Below the pieces are notes generated by a model. It ran no database searches, was not told the origin of the DNA, and was given only the letters and a program-made list of their open reading frames with translations. The position numbers and the translations under genes are program-made. Positions 51,383 to 64,000 of a stretch of DNA of 64,000 bases are shown here, piece by piece. Every line of letters starts with the position of its first letter. The stretch's first letter is position 1. This DNA comes from Eledone cirrhosa (taxonomy: Eukaryota): positions 113,894,001 to 113,958,000 of the forward strand of contig OZ024741.1 in assembly GCA_964016885.1 (NCBI GenBank), in the 5' to 3' direction.

Positions 51383-54150
51383 ATCATCATCACCATCATC
51401 ATCATCGTTTAACATCTATCTTCCATGCTAGCATGGGTTTACATGGGAATTGTCCCAAGATTGGTTGTCTTGCTCATGTAGGACTGTCTGGCAGGTTTTC
51501 TACGGCTGGATGTCCTTCCTAACACCAACCATGTTTACAGTGTGAACTGGGAAGTTTTTACCGTGTTACCTACATTATAGCGTAGACTGTGTGTTTTTTT
51601 GCCATGACACCTACATGACTTTCATTTATTTAGGACTGGATGTTGTGGTACCAACATAACTTTACATCGAAAGGGTGGTGTAGATGGGGTTGAGGGTAGG
51701 GTAGTGGGACGGGGCTGTATTTTGGTTAAGAGGTGCCTACTGACTGTAGGTTTTGCTTTGTACTTAGGCAAGGCGGGTCTTCTGTATTACTGTGTAGCGC
51801 CAAAGATCTCGGTCCAGTGACATTGTCTTGGAGAGGTGTAAGTGTGTGAGGTCGAAATTTATCAAGTCGTCCCAGGTTTTTCTGGGTCTGCATACTCCGT
51901 AGCTACTGTCTATTTTGATCGCCCTGCACTTTTTTATACAGCTGTCATCTTTCATGCGCACCATGTGACCATACCAACATAGTCTTCTCTCGAGTAAACA
52001 GCATCTGATCCCTCTTATTCCTAATTTCTCACTTAGTTCATTTATGCTTTGCCGTTCACATGTATTACTATTACACATCCAATGGAGCATGCAAGCTTCA
52101 TTCCTCTCCAGTCTGCGTAGATCCTCTGCACACAATGCCCATGTCACACTGCCATGTAACATTGTTGTTCTTATGCAGGCATCATACAGCCTGCCTTTCA
52201 TTTTTAGAGAGAAACCTTTAGTGGCCAATAGTGGTATAAGCTCTCTGAACTTTATCCATCCCGTTCTGACTCTAGCTACTGTACTTTCAGAGCACCCTCC
52301 ACCACTGCTGATTTTGTCACCCAGGTAACGGAAGTTGTCCACTATTTCTATAGAACCATCTGGGCAATGGAATGAGCTAGTATCCTATAGGCACTTGCTA
52401 CTACTTATTGCACCTGAACACCGGCCACATATAAAATCTATGTTCTTAGTTAGCTTACCTGTGATCCCATGTTTTATGCACCCATACTTTGCATTTGGGA
52501 CATAAAATAGAGTTTCTGCCTACTCCTTTCCTACACACCGAGCATGGCCATTTCCCAGAGGAGACCAGTGCCCTGTTTTCCTTCCTACATACTAGAACTT
52601 TAGTCTTAGACAAGTTAATTTTAAGACCTTTTGATTCTAGGCCATGCTTCCATGTTTGGAATTTCTTCTCTAGTTCAGCCATTGATTCAGCTATGAGCGT
52701 TAGATCATCTGCGTATAGAAGTTCCCATGGGCAGCCGGTCTTGACCTCCTCTGTTATAGCCTGAAGGGCAATAATAAATAGGAGAGGGCTAAGGACAGAG
52801 CCCTGATGAACACCAACTTTTACGCTAAGCTCTTCACTATATTCGTTGTTAATTCTAACCTTGCTGACTGTTTCTTTATACATGGCTTCTTTAGCTCTCA
52901 CAAGCCATTCATCAACACCTAGTTTTCTGAGAGCCCACCAGATAATGGGGCGTGGGACTCTGTCAAAGGCTTTTTCCAAGTCAACAAAAGCTAAGTATAG
53001 GGGTTTACTTTTAGCTAGGTACTTCTCCTGTAGTTGTTGTACAAGGAAAAGAGCGTCTGTGGTACTTTTACCTGACACAAACCCGAACTGCATTTCATCT
53101 AGATCAATTCGCTCTCTGATTAGTTGCGCTATTACTTTTTCTGTGACCTTCATGACCTGGTCAATTAATTTAATGCCTCTATAGTTTCCTCTATCTAGTG
53201 CATCTCCTTTACCCTTGTAGCAGTTAATGATGATGCTGCTGCTATGCCAGTCCTTTGGTACGACCCCATTCTGTATGACTTGGTTTACTATCTGGGTGAC
53301 CATAGTGTGTCCCACCGTTCCAGATGCTTTCAGCATTTCAGCAACTATTTCCGAAGGCCCAGCCACCTTGCCCGTCTTCATATCTTTTATTGCCTTACTT
53401 ATTATACTACCTTCAACTTGCACTGCTGGTCCCTCTATTGGATCAATGTGGGGAAGACTGTCTGTCTCCCATTTATTCTCTCATTTAGTAGCCTTTTGTA
53501 GTGACACTTCCAAACTACCTTCTTATCAACGTCAGTGATGGCAAGTACACCATCATCATTACGGACACACTTCTCCCTGACAATATCACGGTTTTCCTTG
53601 ACATATTGCCTAGCAATCCTGAACACCTCACGTTTTTGGTCCTCGCGTTGTAAAACATGCTTGAACTTTCTTTCCTCTGCTTCCCTTCTTTCGAAGTACA
53701 CTTGTCTCCTAGCTTCCCTCCTTGCCACTTGAGAGTCTTCTCTACTTCCCCCATCCCGCCATACTTTCCAAGCCTGCTTTTTGGTCTTGATTGACCCCTC
53801 CACCTTACTGGTCCACCACCAAGTTACTCTCCTCCTGCCTATAGGTCTGCTCCAGCCACAGATTTCATCTGTCGCCTTCAACAGGTTAGCTTTCAGGAAT
53901 TCCCACTGTTCCTCTATATTGTAGGACTCTAATTGCTCTTCCTTACTGTCAAAAGCATCAAGTAATATGCTTTTAAATTTATTACTGGTTGTGGGGTCCT
54001 TTAACTTCCATATTTTTCTCCTGAGGATAGTCTTCATCTGTTGTCGATTACGTCTCGTCCTGACTATGAGGTCGCTAACTATGAGGTTATGTTGGGAGGT
54101 GCATTCCTCATGGGGGAGGGATTTAGTGTTTACAACAGACACTCTGTCAT
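51383..54150 (-). mobile_element. 5'-truncated RTE LINE (RT intact over 322 aa) with composite 3' UTR
   Basis: NYRGIKL, FVDLEKAFDRVP, GVHQGSVLSPLLF, LYADD, CSVC..CPKC..WVH, WYGH. Confidence 0.93.
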
Positions 54151-54313
54151 TGAGTGTCCGTATTTTTCAGTCTCTCCAGAATTCCGTAGTCCATCCATCA
54201 TATCGAAAGGCAACCAAGTCTAAACTTAAGAAGTGATATCATAGGCCGCTGAATTATGATTGGTCCAAATAATAATGGTGGTGAGTGGGGGCGGAGGAAG
54301 GGATCTGGGGTAG

Positions 54314-55213
54314 TTAGCGAGAAGGTTATTTTATAAAATAACCTTCTCGCTAAAAAATAAAATCCTAGCCATAATTAAATGTGCATATAACAGTAATAAG
54401 AGTAAGAGTTTAAATACAAGTAGAAGATGGTTTTCGGGGGTCTGACAGAATTATGGGATTTTAAAATACAAGAAGATTATTTTGAACAATCAGACAGAAT
54501 TATCGAATAGCATTGAAAAAGAAAAGATTGGATTCTGGACGATATGATACAGATAGATGAATGGACAGAGGAACATGGGAAGACGAGAAAAAAATAGGAT
54601 TTGTACATTACATTTCACAGAAGAGCAAGTGAGGGATGTAGCCAAGAATAAGGGATTGACAAATTCTGAGTTTCGTAGCTCACAACAGGTTTATTTTATA
54701 TTTGGAGAGAGGGTAAGGGATTGAGAGAGAACCTGCAGGAGCGTATACGATATATAGGGGGGGGGGGTGAAGAATAGGAGGGAGCAGGAAGGTTATTTTA
54801 TAAAATCCTAGAATTTCAGCCATAATTAAACGAGCGAGAAGGTTATTTTATAAAATAAAATCCTAGAATTTCGGCCATAATTAAACGAGCATATAATAGA
54901 GGTACATGGCTTAGTGGTTAGAGCATTGGCCTTGCAATCGAAAGGTTGTGAGTTCAATTCTCAGACCGGGTGATGTGTTGTTTCCTTGACACTTTATTTC
55001 CCATTGCTCCAGTTTACTCAGCTGTAGAAATGAGATGATAGGACTGGGGTCCCTATCATTCCACTGTAAAGTGGTAGTGGAGGTGCCACGGCAAAAAAGC
55101 ACCCAGCACTCACTGTAAATGAGGTTGGTGTTAGGAAGGGCATCCAGCTGTAGAAATCAAGCCAGAATCAAATCCCGTCCCACCCTTGCAAGCAGGGAAA
55201 AAGCGGACGTAAA

Positions 55214-55256
<43 letters not shown>

Positions 55257-55460
55257 GGAGGAGGAGGAGGAGGAGGAGGAGGAGGAGGAGGAGGATAACA
55301 GTAATAAGAGTAAGAGTTTAAATACAAGTAGAATATCGTTTTCAGGGGGGTCTGACAGAATTATGGGATTTTAAAATACAAGAAGATTATTTTGAACAAT
55401 CATACAGAATTATCGAATAGCATTGAAAAAGAAAAGATTGGATTCTGGACGATATGATAT
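54314..55460. repeat. local ~500-bp tandem duplication; second unit interrupted by a SINE
   Basis: 54316-54550 repeated as 54834-54897 + 55275-55458. Confidence 0.85.
54899..55274 (+). mobile_element. full-length tRNA-derived SINE with RTE-derived body and tail
   Basis: A box tggcttagtgg, B box gagttcaattc; aagcacccag..gttggtgttaggaagggcatcc module; tail cccacccttgcaagcagggaaaaagcggacgtaaaa(tga)n(gga)n; short TSD ataa(t/c)ag. Confidence 0.9.
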
Positions 55461-55469
55461 AGGTTGGAT

Positions 55470-56090
55470 AATAGTAATGATGTTATTAGCTGGCTCAACA
55501 GTTTCAATAATAAGCACCTCCATAAATTTCCCTGATTCAACATTGTTGAATTTTACTTCTGCATATCTAAAATCCATAGAATTTGCTAACAACATAAAAA
55601 CAATACGTGACAGAAATATAAAAAGAGAATGCATACTAGCAAAAGCTTGTATGTAGGTATGGTCCCATAACTCCTGATAGAGTCATAGGGATGCCTTATT
55701 GACATACGGTCTGGGTACAGGAGATATCTTCCAGAGAGAGGAAGAACTGACCCCAGTACTAGATTGGTACTTTATTTTATCGACCTCGAAAGATGAAGGC
55801 AAAGTTAACCTCAGCAGGATTTGAACTCAGAGAACAGAGAGCTGGAACGAATGCCATAAAAGCATTCAATCCGACTTTCTAATGACTCTGCCAATTTGCC
55901 GCCTATAGAAAAAGCTTTCTTTTTTTAAAGATTGATAAAATATTTTATCTAATAACTTCCTTTAACATATATGGGATCATATGATGGATTATATATGATC
56001 TTGTCAGATTGTAAATCTTCAAAGTATATAATGAGAAATCGACAATAGACTTTGCGCTTTATAGAGATGATGAGCTAGCTGTAACAAAAT
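55470..56090 (+). mobile_element. decayed Penelope-like RT fragment (interrupted by SINE A at 55740-55905, - strand)
   Basis: frameshifted motifs WLNSFNNKHLHKF, FNIVEFY, MGSYDG, LYRDDELAV typical of PLE RT. Confidence 0.7.
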
Positions 56091-56444
56091 AGACTGATGG
56101 TTGCAGTTTGGACAAAGGGAGATTCAGCATGACAAAGCATGTGACCAGCCTGGCTCTTTGAATTACAAGAACATTCTATCCAATGGATTTCAAAGCAATT
56201 TCCATCTACCCAAATTCACTCACAAGGTTTGTGTCAACCCAGGGTTATGGTAAATGACATTTACCCAAGATTCCACAGAATGGGTTCAAACTCACAATTT
56301 TATGATTGCAAAACAAATTTCTTAACCATTTGGTTAGAGAAAGAAAAAGAAGTATTTTGCTCCAAATTCTAAACAAGTGGTGGGTGAAATGAAATAATAC
56401 ATTTACAGCTTCCAGCTTGTGTAGATATATTCAAATTCCTGTTC

Positions 56445-56472
56445 ATACACACACACACTCACACACACACAC

Positions 56473-56561
<89 letters not shown>

Positions 56562-56562
56562 C

Positions 56563-56628
<66 letters not shown>
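56445..56628. repeat. (CA)n(TA)n microsatellite
   Basis: direct reading. Confidence 0.95.
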
Positions 56629-56630
<2 letters not shown>

Positions 56631-57050
56631 TATCAGAAAATATAGTAATTCAACAGATTACTTCCTCATGTCTTGTTATTGTTATTATTTTTCACTTTCA
56701 CAGTAAAAAAAACAACAGAAATGTGTTCACCTCCATAAAAGAGAACAAAGAAGAATTCCGAGAGAAAATCAGTTTAGAAAATATATTGAAACACATGATG
56801 ATGAGGATGAGGATGAGGATGATGACGATGGTGATAACAGTAATAAAACTAAAAGGAACAAATATTTCTAAACAGACGCTTTTTGCACATGTGCAGAAGC
56901 TGAATAAAGTTTGGTGCTTGGAAAACAAAATATTAGATTTATGGCTAAAATATGTAATACAATGTATCCTATTGTCAATAACTCGTCTAAATTGATCTAA
57001 ATAAGAAATTTCCTGAAGAACTGAAGAATGTGTGTCTTTAGTTTGGCATA

Positions 57051-57101
<51 letters not shown>

Positions 57102-57169
57102 TATGAAGAGAGAAGAAACATTTAGATATAATTAGTAATAAAATGTATCATACCTAAACTGCTCCTAGA

Positions 57170-57259
57170 TTCCTCGACTACGTAGTTTCGTGGCATAAAC
57201 AAAACAATACATCATAAAGATATAGAGTCCTGCGAGGTCTGCCGACTTATCAAGAGGAT
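57170..57259 (-). ncRNA. hammerhead ribozyme motif, U3-A8 variant, with long loop II
   Basis: tcctc-TTGATAA-gtcggca..(~44 nt)..tgccac-GAAA-ctacgtag-TC-gagga. Confidence 0.6.
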
Positions 57260-57509
57260 ACCTCATTTTACTAGTCTCAAGAACGCGTCTACACGACGTG
57301 AGAAAGAATCCAAAAGGCGGAGGGGGAGATAGTCACGCGATATAATATTTTATAAAGCTGAGTGTCGTGTGTATTATGTATGTATCCTACACACCTCCCT
57401 ATAGTTTCTTAGCTTTACTCTCTCCGTCACTCTTCCCTCTCTCTATAATAGATCATTCCCCCTCTCTATAATTTAACTGCTTTACTCTCTCTCTGTCGCT
57501 CTTCTCTCT

Positions 57510-57730
57510 CGCTCTTGCGGTCGTACCCCTGGCAGTGGAGACTTCTGGTGTCCTCGGCCCCAGGGCTACCTCCTTACTCACCACCATAGGCACTGAGCTG
57601 GCCAGCTGCAGGTGTGAGCCCCGCGAGTTGGAGTGGCTTTTCCAGCACGTCTCCCTTGCCATCCTCCAGGGAAACGCCTTCTCCATTCTGTCTGCTGGGG
57701 ATGTGGGTGGGCCCCCTCGCGTACCGTTGT
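57510..57730 (+). mobile_element. CRE-like non-LTR extreme 3' fragment
   Basis: VPLAVETSGVLGP..WLFQHVSLAILQGNA; paralogous to 50545-50965. Confidence 0.7.
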
Positions 57731-58133
57731 AGTTGTTATATACAGATATTAACTCATCAATCCCATTATTTATATCATATATCAACATAGAGATGAGCGT
57801 CGTATGTATGTTTATTTCAAAAGGATAACCTCCTTCAAATTCGGTCAACACACAAGCAGGTAATACATACATCAAAAGGCAACCCTCTTAGAGAGACAGA
57901 GAGTGAAAGAGACAGATTAGGAAAACTACACACACACACTTCTAAAGAGAGAGAGAGAGGAGAGTGGAGAGAGAGAGACAGGGAAAGAGAAACAGAGAGA
58001 CGGGCAAGAAGGTAATACATACATCTAAAATCATTTGGATACAAATATCATAATATAATGGTTGCAGAACGAAAATACAGACAAATATAATAATGTATGT
58101 ATCCCACACACTTTTTCTGTCGTCGCACACATA

Positions 58134-58204
<71 letters not shown>

Positions 58205-58457
58205 TACACATACTTTCACACCTGATTTTGCTAATTGCCGGATAACATCAAAACAAATAACACAGACACACACATGCACATACACACATACACAAACACA
58301 CATACACATACACAAACACACACACATTTCTATACTTTATATGTATGTAAGATCATTCCCCCTCTCTATAATTTAACTGCTTTACTCTTTCTGTCACTCT
58401 TCACTCTCTATATGACAACACTGTTTTAGTTTCCGTATCTCCCTTCAATATATACAC

Positions 58458-58530
<73 letters not shown>

Positions 58531-58741
58531 TATTTAGAGAAAGATTAGGAAAACTACACACACACATCTACAGAGAGAGACAGAAAAACAGAGGGAGGGG
58601 AAAAGGAGAGAGATAGGCCGTTAGACAGAGAGAAATACAATTAAAGTGTTAGTTATTCAGAGAGAAAGAGAGAGTCGAAGGACAATGTGACACGGGAGGG
58701 TGTATGGTATCTTTGCAGTGGAGTGGTGGGGGCAGGTATAC

Positions 58742-58774
58742 CTAGCTGGGCGCCAGACGGACAGGCCAGCTAGT
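58742..58774 (+). mobile_element. Helitron-like 3' terminus
   Basis: GC-rich subterminal segment ending cagCTAG|t before (TA)n; 5' end not located. Confidence 0.45.
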
Positions 58775-58938
58775 ATATATATATATGCATGTATAACCAC
58801 ACACATCTATATTTTTCTATATCAATCTATCTATCTCTCTCATTCTTTCTCTCTCTCTAAACGATGATGATGATGATGATTCGGAATTTGCGTTATGTTT
58901 CGCTTTCTCTACCGCCGAAATGCGATTCTCGCTGAATT

Positions 58939-58969
<31 letters not shown>

Positions 58970-58975
<6 letters not shown>

Positions 58976-59372
58976 GAGGATATGTGACGGCTGGAGAGAA
59001 ATGAGGCAAGCATGCTCCATTGGATGTGCAATGTCAATGTGCGTGAACGACCCAGCATGGATGTGTTGAGAGGGAAACTGTGTCTGAGATAGATAGAATG
59101 TAGTGTGCGAGAGAGGAGATTGCAGTGGTATGGACATGTGATGCGCATGGAGGATGACCGATGGGTGAAGAAGTGCCAGGAAATGCCAGTTGAAGGAAGA
59201 CGTGGTAGAGGTAGACCACGAAAAAACATAGGCGGAGGTGGTTTGAACAGACATCAGATTGCTGAAGCTCACGGTGGAGATGACGAAGGAGAATGCTGTG
59301 CTGTGCTGAATAAGACCCATGTCACCCTTACAAGCAGGGAAAAGCGGGCGTAAAATGATGATGATGATGATG
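58970..59372 (+). mobile_element. 5'-truncated RTE (same family as 18325-21700)
   Basis: RERRLQWYGHVMRMEDDRWVKKC..GRPRK; tail aagcagggaaaagcgggcgtaaaa(tga)n. Confidence 0.9.
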
Positions 59373-59891
59373 ATATATATATAAAGTTGTATTCCTGTCT
59401 GTTTGTTTGTGTGTTTGTTCGTTCACAAACTACTCCTATCGTTTTGGAGATAGACTTCCATAACCATATATATTTTGAAACTACATTTCCCAGGGTACTT
59501 GGATAAGTATATTTCATTTTAATCAAAGGGTTCCCCGAGGGCACAAAAGCCCCTCTGAAAACCCCCGCTGAAAGTTTTTTCCTTTCCATTTATAGGAAAT
59601 TTAAACCATAGGTAAATAACAAGATATGATGCCTACTCACAAAAGTTTTGAATTGATATTTTTGAAAATAATTATTTACAAGAAACAAAATAATAAGATT
59701 TAATAATGTAATTTTGATTTGATATATTACAAAAAATAATGTTTTCCAATTTTTCATGCATTACATTTTACGTTGAGTAATATTGAAATGCAGGGTTTTT
59801 CACCATAAATTATATCACTGATTTAAAATCAATCATCATTTTCTTACAAAAAAAATGTGTGAAATGCAGCAAGGCACGGGTAATTCAGCTA

Positions 59892-59892
<1 letters not shown>
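59373..59892 (+). mobile_element. non-autonomous Helitron-like element
   Basis: 5' tatatataaagttg..(gttt)n start; 3' tgc..ggcacggg..cagCTAG|t end. Confidence 0.55.
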
Positions 59893-59929
<37 letters not shown>

Positions 59930-60124
59930 GCTAGCGTGGAAAGTGGACGTTAAATGAGGATGATGATGATATATATATATATATACATATATGAATATGT
60001 CTCTTGTAAATATATGGATATAGATATGTATATATGTATGTAAAAGGTAAACAGAAATTACAACACAATCGGTACAGTATATGGAAGGTATATATTAGGT
60101 TAACGCTTGATATAGCAGAAAGAG

Positions 60125-60168
60125 GGTCTTAACATTTCGGACGCTAGTCTAGTCCTTCATCAGAAGAA
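60125..60168 (-). ncRNA. minimal hammerhead motif (Penelope pLTR remnant), second copy
   Basis: tctt-CTGATGA-a-ggac tagactagc gtcc-GAAATGT-t-aaga. Confidence 0.6.
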
Positions 60169-60434
60169 AGAATGAGAAATAAAATAGATTGAGGGGTCGG
60201 GCGGGATGGAATTATTTCTGTGTTTTCTGCATTTTCTTCATGAAAACAAAGCTTACAGATTCAACATAAAGTACTCAATACTACAGGGGTAAAAGTGTGT
60301 GCCTAATTTTACTGATATACTGGTTTTACAGAATTCTGTTTCAATTCCCCATAGAATCAAAATGAAGTTAATTCTGTAAAACATCAATTAAGTTATGTTT
60401 ACAATAAAAATATAAAACATAAAAAACTATTAGA

Positions 60435-60625
60435 TAATTGTTTCTACTTTAGGCACAAGGCTAGCAATTTAAAGGAAAGGGGCAAGTCGATTAAGTACTT
60501 TACTTTATCGAACCCATAAGGATGAGAGGCAAAGCTAACCTAGGCGGGATTTGAATCCAGAACGTAAAGGGAAATAACTCTGTACTATGAAATATGGTGT
60601 CCAACGCTCTATCGATACTGCCAAT
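60435..60625 (-). mobile_element. SINE family A
   Basis: homology to other A copies. Confidence 0.8.
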
Positions 60626-61423
60626 AATGATGGTAAGGAAAAGGGAAGGTAGACTCTACATCATTGTCTAGATGGTATTTCATAGCTGCACTATGCAGAC
60701 AAGATAGTGAAAGCATTCTCACAGAGAACAACCAGCAACACTTGCTGCATCAGCCACTCCACCTCATGTGAGATGCACTCCAGATTAAAGATTTACTCCA
60801 CTTGAACAGAAAGAGATTTATCACATCTGTGCATTTGCCATCTCTACATTTGGGACCAGAGGGTTCAAGTTGTAAAATGAATACATGAATAATGTAAATA
60901 TACATTGACACCATTGCTCAAGTATAACATTTTTGGTGCTCTGAGTTCAAATCCTGCCATAGCCATCTTTTCCATTCATCTTTTTAGGATCAATAAATAG
61001 TACCAATCCAGGGAGTATATTAACTGAATTGTTAGAGCATCAAACATGATGGCTTGCAACATGTGTTTTGACCCTTTGCCTTCTGTGTTCAAGTGTGATA
61101 TTTGCGGTAACAAGTTTATCAGTGTTTACCTTTCCCTTAGACAACACCAGTAGCATGAGGAGGGGGAAAATTGCATGCAAGGACAATTGCTGGTCTTTCA
61201 CTTCTTCTTTGCCCATTTATTCCTTGGAGTAGAGTCCTCAAACACAGCTTCTAGCAGTTCCTATCAAAAGCAGCTATCTCCAATTAATATGGCTGTATCC
61301 TCAAGCAAGACCAGATGTTATCCAACTCTCTTGCTTCTAGGTCTACCATTGGGTCTCCAATCAGTTGGTTTTTACCTGTAAAATCTGTTCAGGCATTCTA
61401 ACCAGTTGCCACAGAATAATAAT

Positions 61424-61842
61424 TGTTTCTACTTTTGACACAAGGCCAGCAATTACCCAGTGCATTACTAGTACTTTATTTTATCGACCCCGTAAGGATG
61501 AAAGGCAAAGTTAACCTCGGTGGGATTTGAACTCAGAATGGCAAGGGCTGTAACTCTATGTGTTAAAGTATGGCGTCTGACCCTCTACCGATACTGCCAA
61601 TCCAGTTGCCACAAAATAATAATGGTTTCTAATTTAGGCACAAGGCCAACAATTTGAGGGGAGGGGAAAGTCGATTAAATCGACCCCAGTGCATTACTAG
61701 TACTTTATTTTATCGACCCTATATGGATTAAAGACAAAGCTAACGTAAGCGGGATTTGAACTCAGAATGGAAAGGGCCGTAACTCTATACATCATAGCAT
61801 GGCATCCGACCCTACACCGATACTGCCAATCCACCGCTCTGT
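61424..61842 (-). mobile_element. two tandem SINE A copies (61424-61601 and 61624-61842)
   Basis: first copy has a ~22-bp TSD ccagttgccaca(g/a)aataataat, i.e. it inserted at the tail of the second. Confidence 0.88.
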
Positions 61843-64000
61843 AAATAATAATGATAAATCTTGCCCAGGTTTGTGCCTTGAATAGGAATTTTGCAGGTGC
61901 AAACCATAACTGAAGGGGCTCTTTCTATCATCTAGTAGTTAGAATAAAGGTTTTTCCAAGTACCTTTGCATCTGGTTGATTCAATACTTCCACAATCCTA
62001 TATATATTAAAGTAAACAGATTACAATAATCAAATTAAATGGCAACGGTAAATGGGAAAACTTATTTCATTTCTGCTGGATGCCAATTAAAAGGCTTGCC
62101 ATTCTATTTTTCTATTTCAGTGCATTAAACTTGTCATACGGTATTTGAGCTTCATCATTATTCATCTCATAAATAAGATTGGTTGAATAAATCAGATTAT
62201 TAATAATATATTACAGACAATGTAATGCTAACTGCCTCCATTAAATCAAATCAGTATTTTTAAGCAGATAAGATAGATTTTATTGGGGGTAATTTCATAT
62301 TTAACCGCATACTATTAAGCAAATCTATAGCACAAATGACAAGTTTAAATTAATAATGGTCACATTTCCAATGTTAGACCACAAAAACAAATTAACATTA
62401 TATTAGGGCCAAGTATATTAAAATAGAATATTTGTTTCTTTTTATTATATTCTTGTACAACTTAGTTGCTTCAGTAACAATATATTAATGCAATTACATC
62501 ATGGATGAATCATTTTAGATATTCAAAATCACACAAAACTGTGAACTTTACTTTACATTTATCATTTATTTCTTGGTGTCAAAATTTTCTCCACACTGTT
62601 TGCAATCTGATCACTGATACAGTTCCACTGTAACTCTTCCACAATGTTGCTTTAGTTTAAACATATGGTCTCAGATGATGTTACTTACCAGACAATGACA
62701 CATCTCTGAAATTTACTGAGAAAATTTTCATTGAATTATATGTTCGTAATAAAAAAAAAGATTAAATAATAAAAATAATATGAAGGGGAGGCAGTTGCAG
62801 ACCCTACACAGTATATTTGAGCTGTGCCCAATAGACAAGATGGTGAAAGCCTTACCATGAAGAACAGCCAGTGACACTCACTGCATCAGTGACTTGCCTT
62901 AACAGAACTTGTGCCTGAGGTGGGATGCATAACACCTAATATTGCAGAAGAAAAGGGCAGTTTGGTGACCAATTACACCAGATGTCTTGACAGCCACTAC
63001 CTCAAGAAAGAAGCAGATGGTCAAGTCGCACTATCTGGATATTATTGAATTTGTGTAATCTTGTACCATTCTACCTTTGTATTTTTAGGTTCCATTTAAA
63101 ATGAAAGCTGAATCAATGCAACAACAATCCACCCATTCATACCTATCTAAACCTATTTAACTCAATTATTTTGATATTAATAAAAAGGGTGATAGAGAAT
63201 TATTGATATGTGAAAATGGTTATGATGGCAAAAAGTTGGGAACTGCTATATTAAAGAGAAAGTGTTATTGATGTAAGCTATATAATTATGATTATTAATG
63301 GAACTGTTTTTAATAAAAACACCAAGAAGTTTGGTATTATATGTAATAAAATATGTGACATAATACTAATAGCTAGAATAGAAAGACATAAATTATTTTA
63401 CAAGATAATATGTCCTTAGAACTTATTCTGTAAAGCATGATTTTTAGCTCCCTCTCCTGACATTAACTTTTATCGACAAAAATGTTTTAATGATATATTG
63501 ATTAGTGTTAGAGGATTTATGTTAATATATTTTTTAATGTTTGAATGGTTCATCATCATAATTTGGATGGGTTGTTATAGATCAAGTCATTACTTAATTG
63601 GACCTATTATCCTCTTTGATGAGTCAGAGAACTAGGTCTCATTCAGATTTGTTCCATTTTAGCATGGTTTTGACAAATGGATACCCTTGCTGATGCCAAT
63701 CACTTTACAGAATGTACTGAGTGCATTTTATCATGACACTAGCACTAGAGAGGTTGCTTTGCCCTTAGTGCAATTGAAGACTTCAGTACTCTTTTGACAA
63801 GATTTCCATAACTGGATACCCTTCTTTATGTCAACTACTTTATATAGTGTACAGGGTACATTTTCCATGGCACCAGAATGATTGTTCTGAGGTGCTATGA
63901 GAAATAGAGAAGGGGCTAAGGTGAGCATAAGTGTGTAGCTAAGAGTGTGGTGGGGAAGACAGGGCTATATGTTGGTTGTTGGAAGGGAGGGTTAGTAGAT

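Noticed and set aside
54899-54970. tRNA gene
   Set aside because: A/B boxes are present but there is no complete cloverleaf, and the sequence continues into a SINE body and RTE tail.

Overview
Eukaryotic, AT-rich, CpG-depleted, microsatellite-dense DNA made almost entirely of transposable elements and simple repeats. No convincing host protein-coding gene is present; the window is probably intronic or intergenic. The repeat complement (tRNA-head SINEs, RTE LINEs with (GAT)n tails, very dense (TA)n/(CA)n/(CATA)n) suggests a coleoid cephalopod such as Octopus, which is an inference. Contents: R4/Dong-clade restriction-like-endonuclease (RLE) non-LTR elements, several RTE LINE families, and Tx1/L1, CR1, CRE-like and Penelope-like fragments. 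There are also minimal hammerhead-ribozyme motifs, many SINEs with clear target-site duplications (TSDs), pogo-, piggyBac- and Helitron-type non-autonomous elements, and several long fold-backs. Most notable: (1) a ~9.5 kb nest in one (CATA)n microsatellite where an R4 element (+ strand) alternates with a ~600 bp bipartite non-autonomous RTE derivative (- strand), with a parallel arrangement at (AAT)n; (2) an RTE family whose 3' UTR carries a 5'-UTR-like module; (3) fold-backs with templated spacers that record template switching; (4) candidate HDV-like and hammerhead ribozymes. All alignments and folds were done by eye; no database searches were run.
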